Positions 17,087-25,002 of a stretch of 25,748 nucleotides of DNA are shown piece after piece. The number at the start of each line of letters is the position of its first letter. Positions within the stretch are counted from its first letter, which is position 1. This DNA comes from a virus (Duplodnaviria > Caudoviricetes), in the IMG/VR virus record IMGVR_UViG_3300037127_000036, positions 1 through 25,748 of that record; one strand, 5' to 3'. The position numbers and the translations under genes are program-made. The notes below the pieces were generated by a model that saw nothing but the letters and a program-made list of their open reading frames with translations, was not told the origin of the DNA and did no database searches.

Positions 17087-19195
17087 TCAGGACGACGGTG
17101 AACTAATCAAATCTCGCGCAAGGTTACTGTTGTGCTTAGCAACATTAGCCTCGGCGGTAAGTATTCTTGATAACGCATTAGCAACATCTGACTCATAATC
17201 TAACTGAGCCTTGCTTATCTCGGCCCCAGCTCTAATACCAGCAGTCTGCTGCTCTAAATTCAATTTAGCCATCTCAAGCTCTAACTTGGCAGCTTCTAAC
17301 TGCTCTTCTCGTAAAGCTTTCTCAGCCTCAATACGCTGCTCTTGTTGCTTCAACTGCAATTCAGCTTGCTTAATTTGCATCTGCTGCTGCATTAACATTG
17401 CTTGCGGATTAGGCTGTGGCGGAGGAGGTGGCTTACCTTCCTCTTTAGCTAATATATTCGGTGGTACCAATGTTTTAAATCGCTCAACCAATTGAGGATT
17501 GTTCTCTATATCTAAGTTCTCGGCAATTAAATCAGCTACCAATGGAAATGTCTGTGGGTTAACCTTGACCATATCGATGAGCATACGCATGGCTTCAGCC
17601 CGCTGCACAGCAAAGCTACCACCAACCTCTATGACAACATCATATTCACCCTTAGTGATATCATTTTGAATTTGACCCGCCGCAAATTGCTGGTTAAGGA
17701 TAATATCTCTGTCTTTGCCATCCATCGTGGTAAGAGAAATCTTTCTCTCGGTATCATATATCTTAGGCATCAAATCCATGATAACTCTACCCGCTTGTTC
17801 GATAGCCCTATCAAGATTGGAAAAAAAGACCGCCGCCGATAAGTTACCAGTGCGCTGACGCTCACGTAGAGCTATACCAGAAAGCTCCTGGCCTTGAGCA
17901 CCACGATTGGCTTCGTAAAAACCTAAAATACTTTGTATCTCTAAATTTAATTGATGAAATTGAGTCATGACACTCTGAGATATCTCACTCGGACGCAACT
18001 TCTCAGGCAGCCTTTGAGTAATGGGATCAGGTTCTGCTAATAAGATTCCTTGCTGAACAGATGGGTCTCTCCAATACTTTTCAAGCGCACCACTGACATT
18101 AGCTGGAGTCCCAATAAACTGCTCTCGACGATGATTTACAATAGATTGCGCAATCTCACTACCACAATAATTTAGGAACCTCTGAGCGTCTTTGGCAAAA
18201 CGTATTAATGATAAGGTGCGCTCTTTTCCATCAATAACTTGAATATCGCCAGGTGAAAAAATAATTGGCAAATACTTAGATGGCCACTCCGCCTTCTCTA
18301 AAATTTCACCATAAATAGCTTTGTACATCATGATTTTGTAATCACGACTTTTTCTAGTAGCTACAATCTCTGGGACTAAAAATGAAGAATCTACCCCTTC
18401 GTCACCTTCTTCTTCACTCTTCTGCTCAAACTCAGCAATTATTCTCTTATATTCTTTGTCAGTAACTATTCGATCGTCACTTAATCTATGAAGGCTAAAA
18501 TTAAACCACTCTTTCTTATAATATTCGACAATCGTTATTGTGTTTTTATTTCCCCAATTGAATCCTTGGACCTGGGATTGCTCTGGAAATGATTGCGGAT
18601 AAGGTACATCAGGAAATTTAATCTCAAATTCTGATTTCGGCATGCTATCATAATAACCGCAAAACTCACCATCCGACTTCGTTGTCTTTTGGGCATTGGG
18701 ATCAAAAAATGCTTTTTCTGTATCTCTTATAGGCGCTAATTTTATTTGTTGATCAAAACTTTTAGAATTCTCATAGTCGGTTATAACTCTAAAGGCACCC
18801 ATGCCACCACTTAACATGTTCTCAAAGGCTGTCTGATAAACAATATCAGAATTAGAGTTATAAGCTATCTGACGTACCAAATCAGCACGCAATGAAATAG
18901 CCTCCTGAGTGGAATCACCATTCAAACATCTAACTTTTAAATTTGGAGTGTTGTTTCTTTGCTCACCAACAAGCTTCTTAAAATAATCATAGAGCTTATT
19001 GAAAGACATCATAGGTTTGTTGACACGCTTGAATTCATCTTCATCACTATTATCCCACTGAGATAGGAATAAAAAATCCTTATCTAGTCGATAATTTTTA
19101 TAATTGACATCATAGCAATCATACCATGAGCCAATATTTTTAGACATCTCGCTTAGCAAATCATCTTCGCGTTCAGCTTTCGTCTTTCTAGACAT
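17087..19195 (-). CDS. portal protein (P22 gp1-like)
   Basis: 702 aa; QWD, KPMMSFNKL, FFDPNA..SD, YLPII, KDAQRFLNY, SGIAL..RQ, PKIYDTER motifs and a Q-rich C-terminal barrel. Confidence 0.93.
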   Translation of the reverse strand: MSRKTKAEREDDLLSEMSKNIGSWYDCYDVNYKNYRLDKDFLFLSQWDNSDEDEFKRVNKPMMSFNKLYDYFKKLVGEQRNNTPNLKVRCLNGDSTQEAISLRADLVRQIAYNSNSDIVYQTAFENMLSGGMGAFRVITDYENSKSFDQQIKLAPIRDTEKAFFDPNAQKTTKSDGEFCGYYDSMPKSEFEIKFPDVPYPQSFPEQSQVQGFNWGNKNTITIVEYYKKEWFNFSLHRLSDDRIVTDKEYKRIIAEFEQKSEEEGDEGVDSSFLVPEIVATRKSRDYKIMMYKAIYGEILEKAEWPSKYLPIIFSPGDIQVIDGKERTLSLIRFAKDAQRFLNYCGSEIAQSIVNHRREQFIGTPANVSGALEKYWRDPSVQQGILLAEPDPITQRLPEKLRPSEISQSVMTQFHQLNLEIQSILGFYEANRGAQGQELSGIALRERQRTGNLSAAVFFSNLDRAIEQAGRVIMDLMPKIYDTERKISLTTMDGKDRDIILNQQFAAGQIQNDITKGEYDVVIEVGGSFAVQRAEAMRMLIDMVKVNPQTFPLVADLIAENLDIENNPQLVERFKTLVPPNILAKEEGKPPPPPQPNPQAMLMQQQMQIKQAELQLKQQEQRIEAEKALREEQLEAAKLELEMAKLNLEQQTAGIRAGAEISKAQLDYESDVANALSRILTAEANVAKHNSNLARDLISSPSS

Positions 19196-19227
19196 GATCT
19201 TCCAATTTTTCCATTAAATTAAGAAAA

Positions 19228-19247
19228 TCAGTTCAGTTCAGGACTTA
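19228..19247 (+). repeat. left arm of 20-bp imperfect inverted repeat flanking terL
   Basis: TCAGTTCAGTTCAGGACTTA is 17/20 identical to the reverse complement of 20939-20958. Confidence 0.8.
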
Positions 19248-19249
19248 TT

Positions 19250-19331
19250 ACTATAACATTATTTAAACGCCTATACACTATTTTATAAAAAAATACACTA
19301 TAAATTTGAACTTATTTAACACTTACACTAT
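19250..19331. promoter_or_regulatory. divergent portal/terL control region
   Basis: Extended -10 TGTTATAGT on the - strand (19250-19258); TACACTAT at 19274, 19294 and 19324. Confidence 0.5.
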
Positions 19332-20889
19332 GATTGACAACCAAAAACAATTGGACAAAAACATGAGTCTTGATGAATTAGCCACGAAAATGTTCCTTGA
19401 TCTAAAAAATGACTTCCCATGGTTCGCCGAAAAATGCCTAAAAATAAGACCGAAAGACGGCAGCCTAATACCACTAAAACTTAATAAGGCCCAAAGATAC
19501 ATTCACGATAAACTTGAGGAACAACTTAAAGAAACAGGAAAAGTAAGAGCTATCATACTCAAAGGACGCCAGCAGGGCGCATCAACATATGTAGAAGCAC
19601 GTCTTTTTCATAGGATTGTATTTAATCGAGGCAAGAGAACCTTTATTCTTACCCACAGCAAAGAAGCCACTGATGCTATATTCAACATCACCAAAAGATA
19701 CTATGACAACTTACCAGAGATTGTAAAACCCAGTATATCCAAAACCAACATCAAAGAGCTGGTATTCGATAGCTTAGACTCAAGTTATGGTGTGAGCACA
19801 GCAGGAGCGCAAGGAACAGGTCGTGGACAGACTATCCAGTATCTACATGGGTCAGAGGTTCCGTTATGGCATAAAGCGGCTGAACACGCTCAGGGGCTCA
19901 TGCAGGCTGTACCAAATTCACCCGGAACTGAAATCATATTAGAGGGTACAGCTAAAGGTGAAGGCAACTACTTTCATCAACAATGGCAGCTTGCCGAAAG
20001 AGGGCTGTCAGATTACATCGCTATTTTTGTTCCCTGGTTTTGGCAGGATGAATATCGAACCGAGATTAGAGGTGAGTTTAGAATAACAAAAGATGAGCAG
20101 GAAATACGTGACTTATATAACCTATCCAACGAGCAAATGCTCTGGAGGCGAAACACGATCGCTGAGTTCTCATCAAACTTTATTGAAGGTGAGCGAAGAT
20201 TCAAAGAAGAGTACCCATGCACTCCCGCAGAAGCTTTCCAACATGCTCAAGGCGAAGAGTCGTTCATTCCAGCGCTTATTGTTAACCAAGCCAGAAAAGA
20301 AAAAGAAAACATCCAGAGAATAGGCCCAATCCTTGTTGGAGTTGACCCCGCCAGATTTGGTGATGATAGAACCTCAATTGTTAGACGACAAGGACGCGTA
20401 GTCTATGGCCTGGCTAGCTATCGAAAATACGACACAATGCAAGTTGCTGGCCTTGTTTACCAAATAATAAAAGATGAAAACCCAGCTAAAGTATTTATAG
20501 ATGTGGTCGGTTTGGGTGCAGGGGTCGTTGATAGATTAAAAGAAATGGGCTTTGGTGACAAGATCATGGCAGTCAATGCCGGCTCAAGCCCTCTTAATGG
20601 TGAAATATATTTCAATAAACGGGCAGAAATGTGGGGTGAAATGCTAAAATGGCTAGAAGATGGCCCTGTTATGATCCCCGATTCTACTACACTGGCGTCA
20701 GACCTATGCGCTCCTAGCTATATACATGACTCAAAACATAGGCTTCAAATAGAGAAAAAAGAAGATATGAGAAAAAAAGGTTTGCAAAGCCCAGATGAGG
20801 CTGACGCTTTGGCTCTCACATTTGCATTTCCTGTGAGAACAAATTCATTTGATGTTGATAGATTCTACAATCCAACGATCAGACTATAA
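19330..20889 (+). CDS. terL: terminase large subunit
   Basis: Walker A IILKGRQQGAST, Walker B YLHGSE, coupling motif EGTA, nuclease VGVDPARFGDD and SPDEADALALTF. Start uncertain (19306 TTG, 19330 or 19363 ATG). Confidence 0.95.
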   Translation: MIDNQKQLDKNMSLDELATKMFLDLKNDFPWFAEKCLKIRPKDGSLIPLKLNKAQRYIHDKLEEQLKETGKVRAIILKGRQQGASTYVEARLFHRIVFNRGKRTFILTHSKEATDAIFNITKRYYDNLPEIVKPSISKTNIKELVFDSLDSSYGVSTAGAQGTGRGQTIQYLHGSEVPLWHKAAEHAQGLMQAVPNSPGTEIILEGTAKGEGNYFHQQWQLAERGLSDYIAIFVPWFWQDEYRTEIRGEFRITKDEQEIRDLYNLSNEQMLWRRNTIAEFSSNFIEGERRFKEEYPCTPAEAFQHAQGEESFIPALIVNQARKEKENIQRIGPILVGVDPARFGDDRTSIVRRQGRVVYGLASYRKYDTMQVAGLVYQIIKDENPAKVFIDVVGLGAGVVDRLKEMGFGDKIMAVNAGSSPLNGEIYFNKRAEMWGEMLKWLEDGPVMIPDSTTLASDLCAPSYIHDSKHRLQIEKKEDMRKKGLQSPDEADALALTFAFPVRTNSFDVDRFYNPTIRL

Positions 20890-20939
20890 AAACCCCCGAA
20901 GAAAAAAAAATTTAGGGAATCTTAAAAACTCCAGGGGTT
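20888..20939 (-). terminator. long-loop intrinsic terminator for leftward transcription
   Basis: On the - strand AACCCCTGGAG pairs fully with CTTCGGGGGTT (two G-U pairs), and GGGGG is followed by TTTTTA. Confidence 0.55.
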
Positions 20940-20958
20940 AGGTCCTGACCTGACCTGA
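20939..20958 (-). repeat. right arm of 20-bp imperfect inverted repeat flanking terL
   Basis: Reverse complement reads TCAGGTCAGGTCAGGACCTA. Confidence 0.8.
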
Positions 20959-21021
20959 GATTACATCTTACAACAAAACAAACACTCTAACAATATTATC
21001 TATATCATATAATAATCAGAT

Positions 21022-21097
21022 TGGCTGTGGCAGAAGGGCTCGAACCTTCGACACGGGAGTTAACAGCCCCCTGCTCTACCAACTGAGCTATGCCACA
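21022..21097 (-). tRNA. tRNA-Asn (GTT)
   Basis: 76 nt cloverleaf: acceptor TGTGGCA/TGCCACA, D arm AGCTCAGTTGGTAGAGC, anticodon loop CTGTTAA, GGTTCGAGCCC, encoded CCA. Confidence 0.95.
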
Positions 21098-21101
21098 ACA
21101 A

Positions 21102-21326
21102 TTAAACCAACCAAAGCGCTGTAATCACGCGAAAAACAACGAATCCCTCTAAAACAAATACACCCAACAAAAGTAAATCAATGATAAAAAACTTATCAAC
21201 CTTAAAGTTGTTCCACCAACATCTGAGAGAGCTAACAATTAATTTGAAAATCTGTATCATTACCAATGCATATGCCGATGACAATATTGCTACCAGCAAA
21301 ATTATATTAACATCAGAACTTATCAC
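21102..21326 (-). CDS. small membrane protein (2 TM)
   Basis: Two long hydrophobic stretches; tightly packed in the operon. Confidence 0.6.
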   Translation of the reverse strand: MISSDVNIILLVAILSSAYALVMIQIFKLIVSSLRCWWNNFKVDKFFIIDLLLLGVFVLEGFVVFRVITALWLV

Positions 21327-21335
21327 ACATTATCT

Positions 21336-21554
21336 CTATAACGTATGACGTCTAAATGTTGAAAGATATTCTTTTTGTTGCATCTCCCCATCCTTATCCC
21401 CGCTCGATTCCTCTGTAGCATGGTTATCTATGGACTCTTCAGAATCAAATTTAAACCTATCTTTCCTTACTAAGTAGCCATCCTTGCCATTTCTTCTTTC
21501 CTCAAAGAAAGTGGTTATAGCAAACCTCTTAATTGTCTCTTTGCATCTTTTCAT
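21336..21554 (-). CDS. hypothetical protein
   Basis: ATGA coupling with the upstream gene. Confidence 0.55.
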   Translation of the reverse strand: MKRCKETIKRFAITTFFEERRNGKDGYLVRKDRFKFDSEESIDNHATEESSGDKDGEMQQKEYLSTFRRHTL

Positions 21555-21766
21555 AACGGCCTACCCGTAATCAATAGCTTTAAATTTGCTCTTACGGCTC
21601 TAAAGAACAGCTCAGCATCAATGTCGCTGTCCTCAAGTTCAACCATATATTTGTCAATAAGTGCATCAAAGTCTTTCATTGCTTTCATATAAAACACATC
21701 AAGGTCTTTCATTACTTTCATAATAAATAGTTCTTCAGATAATCGGGATTTCTTATCTGTGTTCAT
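21551..21766 (-). CDS. hypothetical protein (MNTDKKSRL...)
   Basis: Start reassigned to ATG 21766 after a GGGGG RBS; internal MK(V/A)MKD(L/F)D duplication. Confidence 0.6.
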   Translation of the reverse strand: MNTDKKSRLSEELFIMKVMKDLDVFYMKAMKDFDALIDKYMVELEDSDIDAELFFRAVRANLKLLITGRPL

Positions 21767-21770
21767 ATTA

Positions 21771-21941
21771 TTATTCCCCCATATTGAATCGAATATTATC
21801 CTCAAGCGTCTCAAATGCTTCAAGAATGCAATGCCTAATCATGTCCATATCGTCAGATTTCAATGAACCATATTCTCGATTCACATCATCTTTTACTTCT
21901 TTAAGAATTTCCTGAAATAAATCTGCATTAATTGACCACAT
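21771..21941 (-). CDS. hypothetical 56-aa protein (MWSINADLFQEILKEV...), absent from the ORF track
   Basis: GGGAG RBS; first gene after the promoter at 21984-22011. Confidence 0.65.
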   Translation of the reverse strand: MWSINADLFQEILKEVKDDVNREYGSLKSDDMDMIRHCILEAFETLEDNIRFNMGE

Positions 21942-21983
21942 AATTACTTCTCCCTATAGTTGCTTTTCCTTAAACACAAATGC

Positions 21984-22011
21984 ATTATAACACACTATAG
22001 TTGACAGTCAA
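21984..22011 (-). promoter_or_regulatory. sigma70-type promoter
   Basis: TTGACT-N16-TATAAT with extended -10 TGn. Confidence 0.7.
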
Positions 22012-22121
22012 TAACAATATTAAACTATTTTGGGGAAGGACCCCGCCCTGTGTGAGTTTAGGCGATGTTGGGCGGGCGGGGGTTGTGGAACTGTGTTACC
22101 AGGAAACTTTAGCTAAGAAAC

Positions 22122-22424
22122 TCATTCACTCTTTGATTCGTCGGTTTTTGCTTCCTGTTTTTTTAACTCATTATACGTTTTGATGCAATCATTAATTAAA
22201 TCGTAAAGATTTTTTCCATCTTTCCATACAAGATTAAGAATAGTATTAATTTGATTGAGAACGGCAATGCGAGACTCTATAACCTCGTCAGAAGGCCTCT
22301 CGTTGTTTTTAATAAAATCCTTGTGTGCCTTAACCATGTTGATTTGCGTAGCAAGAATCTCTAACAAGGAATTCATATCTGGGTTTTTTAAATCAATTAT
22401 TAATAAGTTGCCGCTCTTAATCAT
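22122..22424 (-). CDS. hypothetical protein
   Basis: ATGA coupling and GGAG RBS. Confidence 0.65.
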   Translation of the reverse strand: MIKSGNLLIIDLKNPDMNSLLEILATQINMVKAHKDFIKNNERPSDEVIESRIAVLNQINTILNLVWKDGKNLYDLINDCIKTYNELKKQEAKTDESKSE

Positions 22425-22636
22425 TTTTCATCTCCGTCTAAGTCTGAATTTAATTCTTTACCAGAAAAGCTATCATAGCACCTGGCCTTAATATCCTTTC
22501 CATCAACGACGCGCCTATCGAGTTCACGCTTAAATCTAGCGCATGCTTCTTTCGTTGCAAATCCTTTGGTATGCATGGAGCCTATGCCATAAGGACTTGA
22601 GTAAACCAATAATGCAAAGCAAGTTTCAGCAATCAT
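22421..22636 (-). CDS. small hypothetical phage protein (hydrophobic N-terminus, FxTKExC motif)
   Basis: ATGA coupling to terS and AGGAG RBS. Confidence 0.65.
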   Translation of the reverse strand: MIAETCFALLVYSSPYGIGSMHTKGFATKEACARFKRELDRRVVDGKDIKARCYDSFSGKELNSDLDGDEK

Positions 22637-23055
22637 TTTTCTTCTCCTGTGTTATTATTTTTGCTCAAATCTTCAATCTGCCTTAATATACTTTCATGAT
22701 TTATTGTTCTCGATTCTTCTGGATTGAACATATCAAGGTACCTGGCAAGAAACTCAGAAGCTTTTAAAGCGATTCCTGGGTTACTTGATTGAGACATACA
22801 ATTGTACCAAAATCGAAGAACTGACTCTTGTCTAACCCCTACTTTATCAGCAAGTCTCTCCTTCTCTGTACGAAGGTGGTACAGCACGTTAGGTTTTGTG
22901 AGGTTCTCCGCTGCTATGACACTTGCGCAATTTTTGCTATATCCTGACTCTCTTGCGGCCCGTGATCCATTGCCGGTTTTGAGGTAATTTTTAACAAATC
23001 TTTCTTGCCTTGTAGTTAGCTTTCTGTGCTCTGGGTTGTCGCTTTTATCTGACAT
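22633..23055 (-). CDS. terS: terminase small subunit (Terminase_2-type HTH)
   Basis: LTTRQERFVKNYLKTGNGSRAARESGYSKNCASVIAAENLTKPNV. Confidence 0.9.
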   Translation of the reverse strand: MSDKSDNPEHRKLTTRQERFVKNYLKTGNGSRAARESGYSKNCASVIAAENLTKPNVLYHLRTEKERLADKVGVRQESVLRFWYNCMSQSSNPGIALKASEFLARYLDMFNPEESRTINHESILRQIEDLSKNNNTGEEK

Positions 23056-23077
23056 ATGTTATTACACTCTTTATTTC

Positions 23078-23232
23078 TAATCATTTGCTTCATCTGTTTA
23101 ATTGTATAGCCAGCACACACAAAGATATCGCTAAAACACATCTTGCACATACATCAATTATCTGTACATAGTCTAACCAGCTCATTTTATTCTCCTTTTA
23201 TTACTATATTTATAATCATTTGCTTCAGCTGT
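23078..23232. repeat. 20-bp direct repeat bracketing the micro-gene
   Basis: TAATCATTTGCTTCA(T/G)CTGT at 23078-23097 and 23213-23232 (19/20). Confidence 0.85.
23090..23185 (-). CDS. 31-aa hydrophobic micro-protein MSWLDYVQIIDVCARCVLAISLCVLAIQLNR
   Basis: AAAGGAG RBS 6 nt upstream; below the ORF-track cutoff. Confidence 0.55.
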   Translation of the reverse strand: MSWLDYVQIIDVCARCVLAISLCVLAIQLNR

Positions 23233-23290
23233 ACTTCCTATTTACCACTGTTTTATATTGCACTTTGTTTTGATTTGATTTTGGCCATCA

Positions 23291-23770
23291 TTATTCACTT
23301 CCGCCATAATTATGTATATTGATAAGATTCCTCAATTCTTCTCCAAGCAGTTCATCTAGATTGTTACGTTTATAACACTCGTCTTCGGCTTCCTTTTCTG
23401 AGTCAAATACATTATCAGCAGCAAATTGATGCTCAGTCTCTTTTTGAAAATCACGACACACACAGACTTCAACAAAGTTTTTTTCAAACTCATCAGAAAC
23501 GCAAAGTTCCATCCTCATAAGAATTGCATGCCCTACCGGTTTCCATTTCCGAGTGCTCTTTTCATAAAATCCCCCATAGCCATTACATACAGGACAAGTG
23601 ATGCTCTTACCATTATTGCCCAATATACAAGATAAGTTATCTGAGCTAGCGATATCGTCACGACCATCACAAAAATCACATCTAACCCAATTTTTTTCCT
23701 GACATTGGGCTATTGGATAAACCTCGTCACCTACATTAAACTTTGTATTTATATTCATTTTAATCGCCAT
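23291..23770 (-). CDS. zinc-finger-containing phage protein
   Basis: KFNVGDEVY...CDFCDG...CPVCNGYG. Confidence 0.75.
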   Translation of the reverse strand: MAIKMNINTKFNVGDEVYPIAQCQEKNWVRCDFCDGRDDIASSDNLSCILGNNGKSITCPVCNGYGGFYEKSTRKWKPVGHAILMRMELCVSDEFEKNFVEVCVCRDFQKETEHQFAADNVFDSEKEAEDECYKRNNLDELLGEELRNLINIHNYGGSE

Positions 23771-24185
23771 TTCTCCACTTACTTATCCAATTACTTAACC
23801 AAGCCTTTAACTGATCAATTTTACTGGGGAGGGATTCAAGATATACGACATGCTCTCTAATACATTTATTGGATACAAAAGACATATTATCATCAGCAAA
23901 GTATCTCCCTCTATCTGTAACATGCCAAAAGGATAGATTATTATCTTCAACTTTGACCTCTGTCTTATGGATAACACCCATATATTCCCAACTATATCCG
24001 TCAAAAAAATCTTTAGGATAAACACCATTACCAAAACATCTTTTGCATATTATTACCTTGTCGCCATCGAACACTGGTATAAATTTTTTACCACAACATT
24101 GTTCACATGTCGCCATCTTGGTAATAACTTTCTCAGTGAGAGCTCGTACTGTATCCCCTATACTAAACCTCAATTTTATGCTCAT
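23760..24185 (-). CDS. zinc-finger-containing phage protein (paralogue of the neighbour)
   Basis: RFSIGDTVR...CEQCCG...CKRCFGNG. Confidence 0.75.
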   Translation of the reverse strand: MSIKLRFSIGDTVRALTEKVITKMATCEQCCGKKFIPVFDGDKVIICKRCFGNGVYPKDFFDGYSWEYMGVIHKTEVKVEDNNLSFWHVTDRGRYFADDNMSFVSNKCIREHVVYLESLPSKIDQLKAWLSNWISKWRNGD

Positions 24186-24493
24186 TATTTTACCACCAAT
24201 TGATCATAGTTTGTTTCTTTAGTGCAAAGCTCCAAGGTTTCATCGTCAATCCCCATCTCGATAAGTAACTCCTTAGATAAGGTTCTACGTGTAACATTAT
24301 TAAGAATCACCTTATACTTACCAGATATAAAATCAGTGATATTATTTTCTGACAAATAATCCTTTATGGAACCGGATAAATGTGAGCGCAATTTTGTCAT
24401 ATCACGCATCTTAGCGCATAAATCATTATATTCCTCAACAATCGAATCAATTGTACGATCATCACCCAACACAACTACATTCATTTTACTCAT
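24185..24493 (-). CDS. hypothetical phage protein
   Basis: AAGGGG RBS; first gene after the promoter at 24541-24568; TAATG coupling to the next gene. Confidence 0.7.
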   Translation of the reverse strand: MSKMNVVVLGDDRTIDSIVEEYNDLCAKMRDMTKLRSHLSGSIKDYLSENNITDFISGKYKVILNNVTRRTLSKELLIEMGIDDETLELCTKETNYDQLVVK

Positions 24494-24540
24494 GATATTC
24501 CCCTTTTTTTTTGAATAATTATCTCTGCCTAACGTTGACT

Positions 24541-24568
24541 ATAATAACACATAGTTAACCATTGTCAA
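24541..24568 (-). promoter_or_regulatory. sigma70-type promoter with overlapping inverted repeat
   Basis: TTGACA-N16-TATTAT with TGn; GTTGACTAT (24534) / ATAGTTAAC (24551) inverted repeat. Confidence 0.65.
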
Positions 24569-24656
24569 CAATAAAAAATAAAAAAGTTTCGGACATGGAC
24601 TAAATCCAAAAGATCATAATTCACATCAGGCGATTGCTATAAATAGCGATCATTCT

Positions 24657-24782
24657 ATTTTCTCCATTTCTCCACCCATTTTCTCCATTTCTCCACCCAT
24701 TTTCTCTATTTCTCCACCCATTTTCTCTATTTCTCCACCCATTTTCTCTATTTCTCCAACCCTTTTCTCCATTTCTCCACCT
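24657..24782. repeat. 21-bp tandem array A, 6 copies (ATTTTCTCYATTTCTCCACCC)
   Basis: Units start at 24657, 24678, 24699, 24720, 24741 and 24762; the last two are slightly degenerate. Confidence 0.95.
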
Positions 24783-24828
24783 TGATTTCTCCAACAAATT
24801 GTGTATTAGGGAGTTGGTGAAAATGCAG

Positions 24829-24909
24829 TTTTTTGTGAGTGAAGACGTATTTTTTGTGAGTGAAGACGTATTTTTTGTGAGTGAAGACGTATTTTTTGTG
24901 AGTGAAGAC
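24829..24909. repeat. 21-bp tandem array B (TTTTTTGTGAGTGAAGACGTA), 3 full copies plus 18 bp
   Basis: Exact repeats read directly from the sequence. Confidence 0.95.
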
Positions 24910-24971
24910 CAACTAAAAGTTGGTAAAAACGTACTTTTAGTTGGTAAAAACGTACTTTTAGTTGGTAAAAA
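24908..24971. repeat. 21-bp tandem array C (AGTTGGTAAAAACGTACTTTT), 2 full copies plus 12 bp, with a 13-bp inverted copy
   Basis: Units at 24918, 24939 and 24960; ACCAACTAAAAGT at 24908-24920 is the reverse complement of ACTTTTAGTTGGT. Confidence 0.92.
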
Positions 24972-25002
24972 AGGAAGTCAAAAAAATAGAATGTGCGGCA
25001 GC

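Noticed and set aside
1802-17495. Numerous + strand ORFs and short alternative-frame ORFs over structural genes (e.g. 5029-5349, 7342-7701, 15090-15398, 17211-17495)
   Set aside because: They are shadows of well-supported - strand genes, without motifs or convincing RBSs.
21022-21097. tRNA as a prophage attachment site or boundary
   Set aside because: Phage genes continue on both sides, and I found no duplicated tRNA 3' end or integrase in the window.
22041-22081. GC-rich stem CCCCGCCC/GGGCGGGG as an intrinsic terminator or ncRNA
   Set aside because: The loop is 25 nt and neither strand has a U tract; position after the terS operon is plausible but support is too weak to call.
24657-24971. 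CRISPR array
   Set aside because: Units are directly abutting with no unique spacers, and there are no cas genes.
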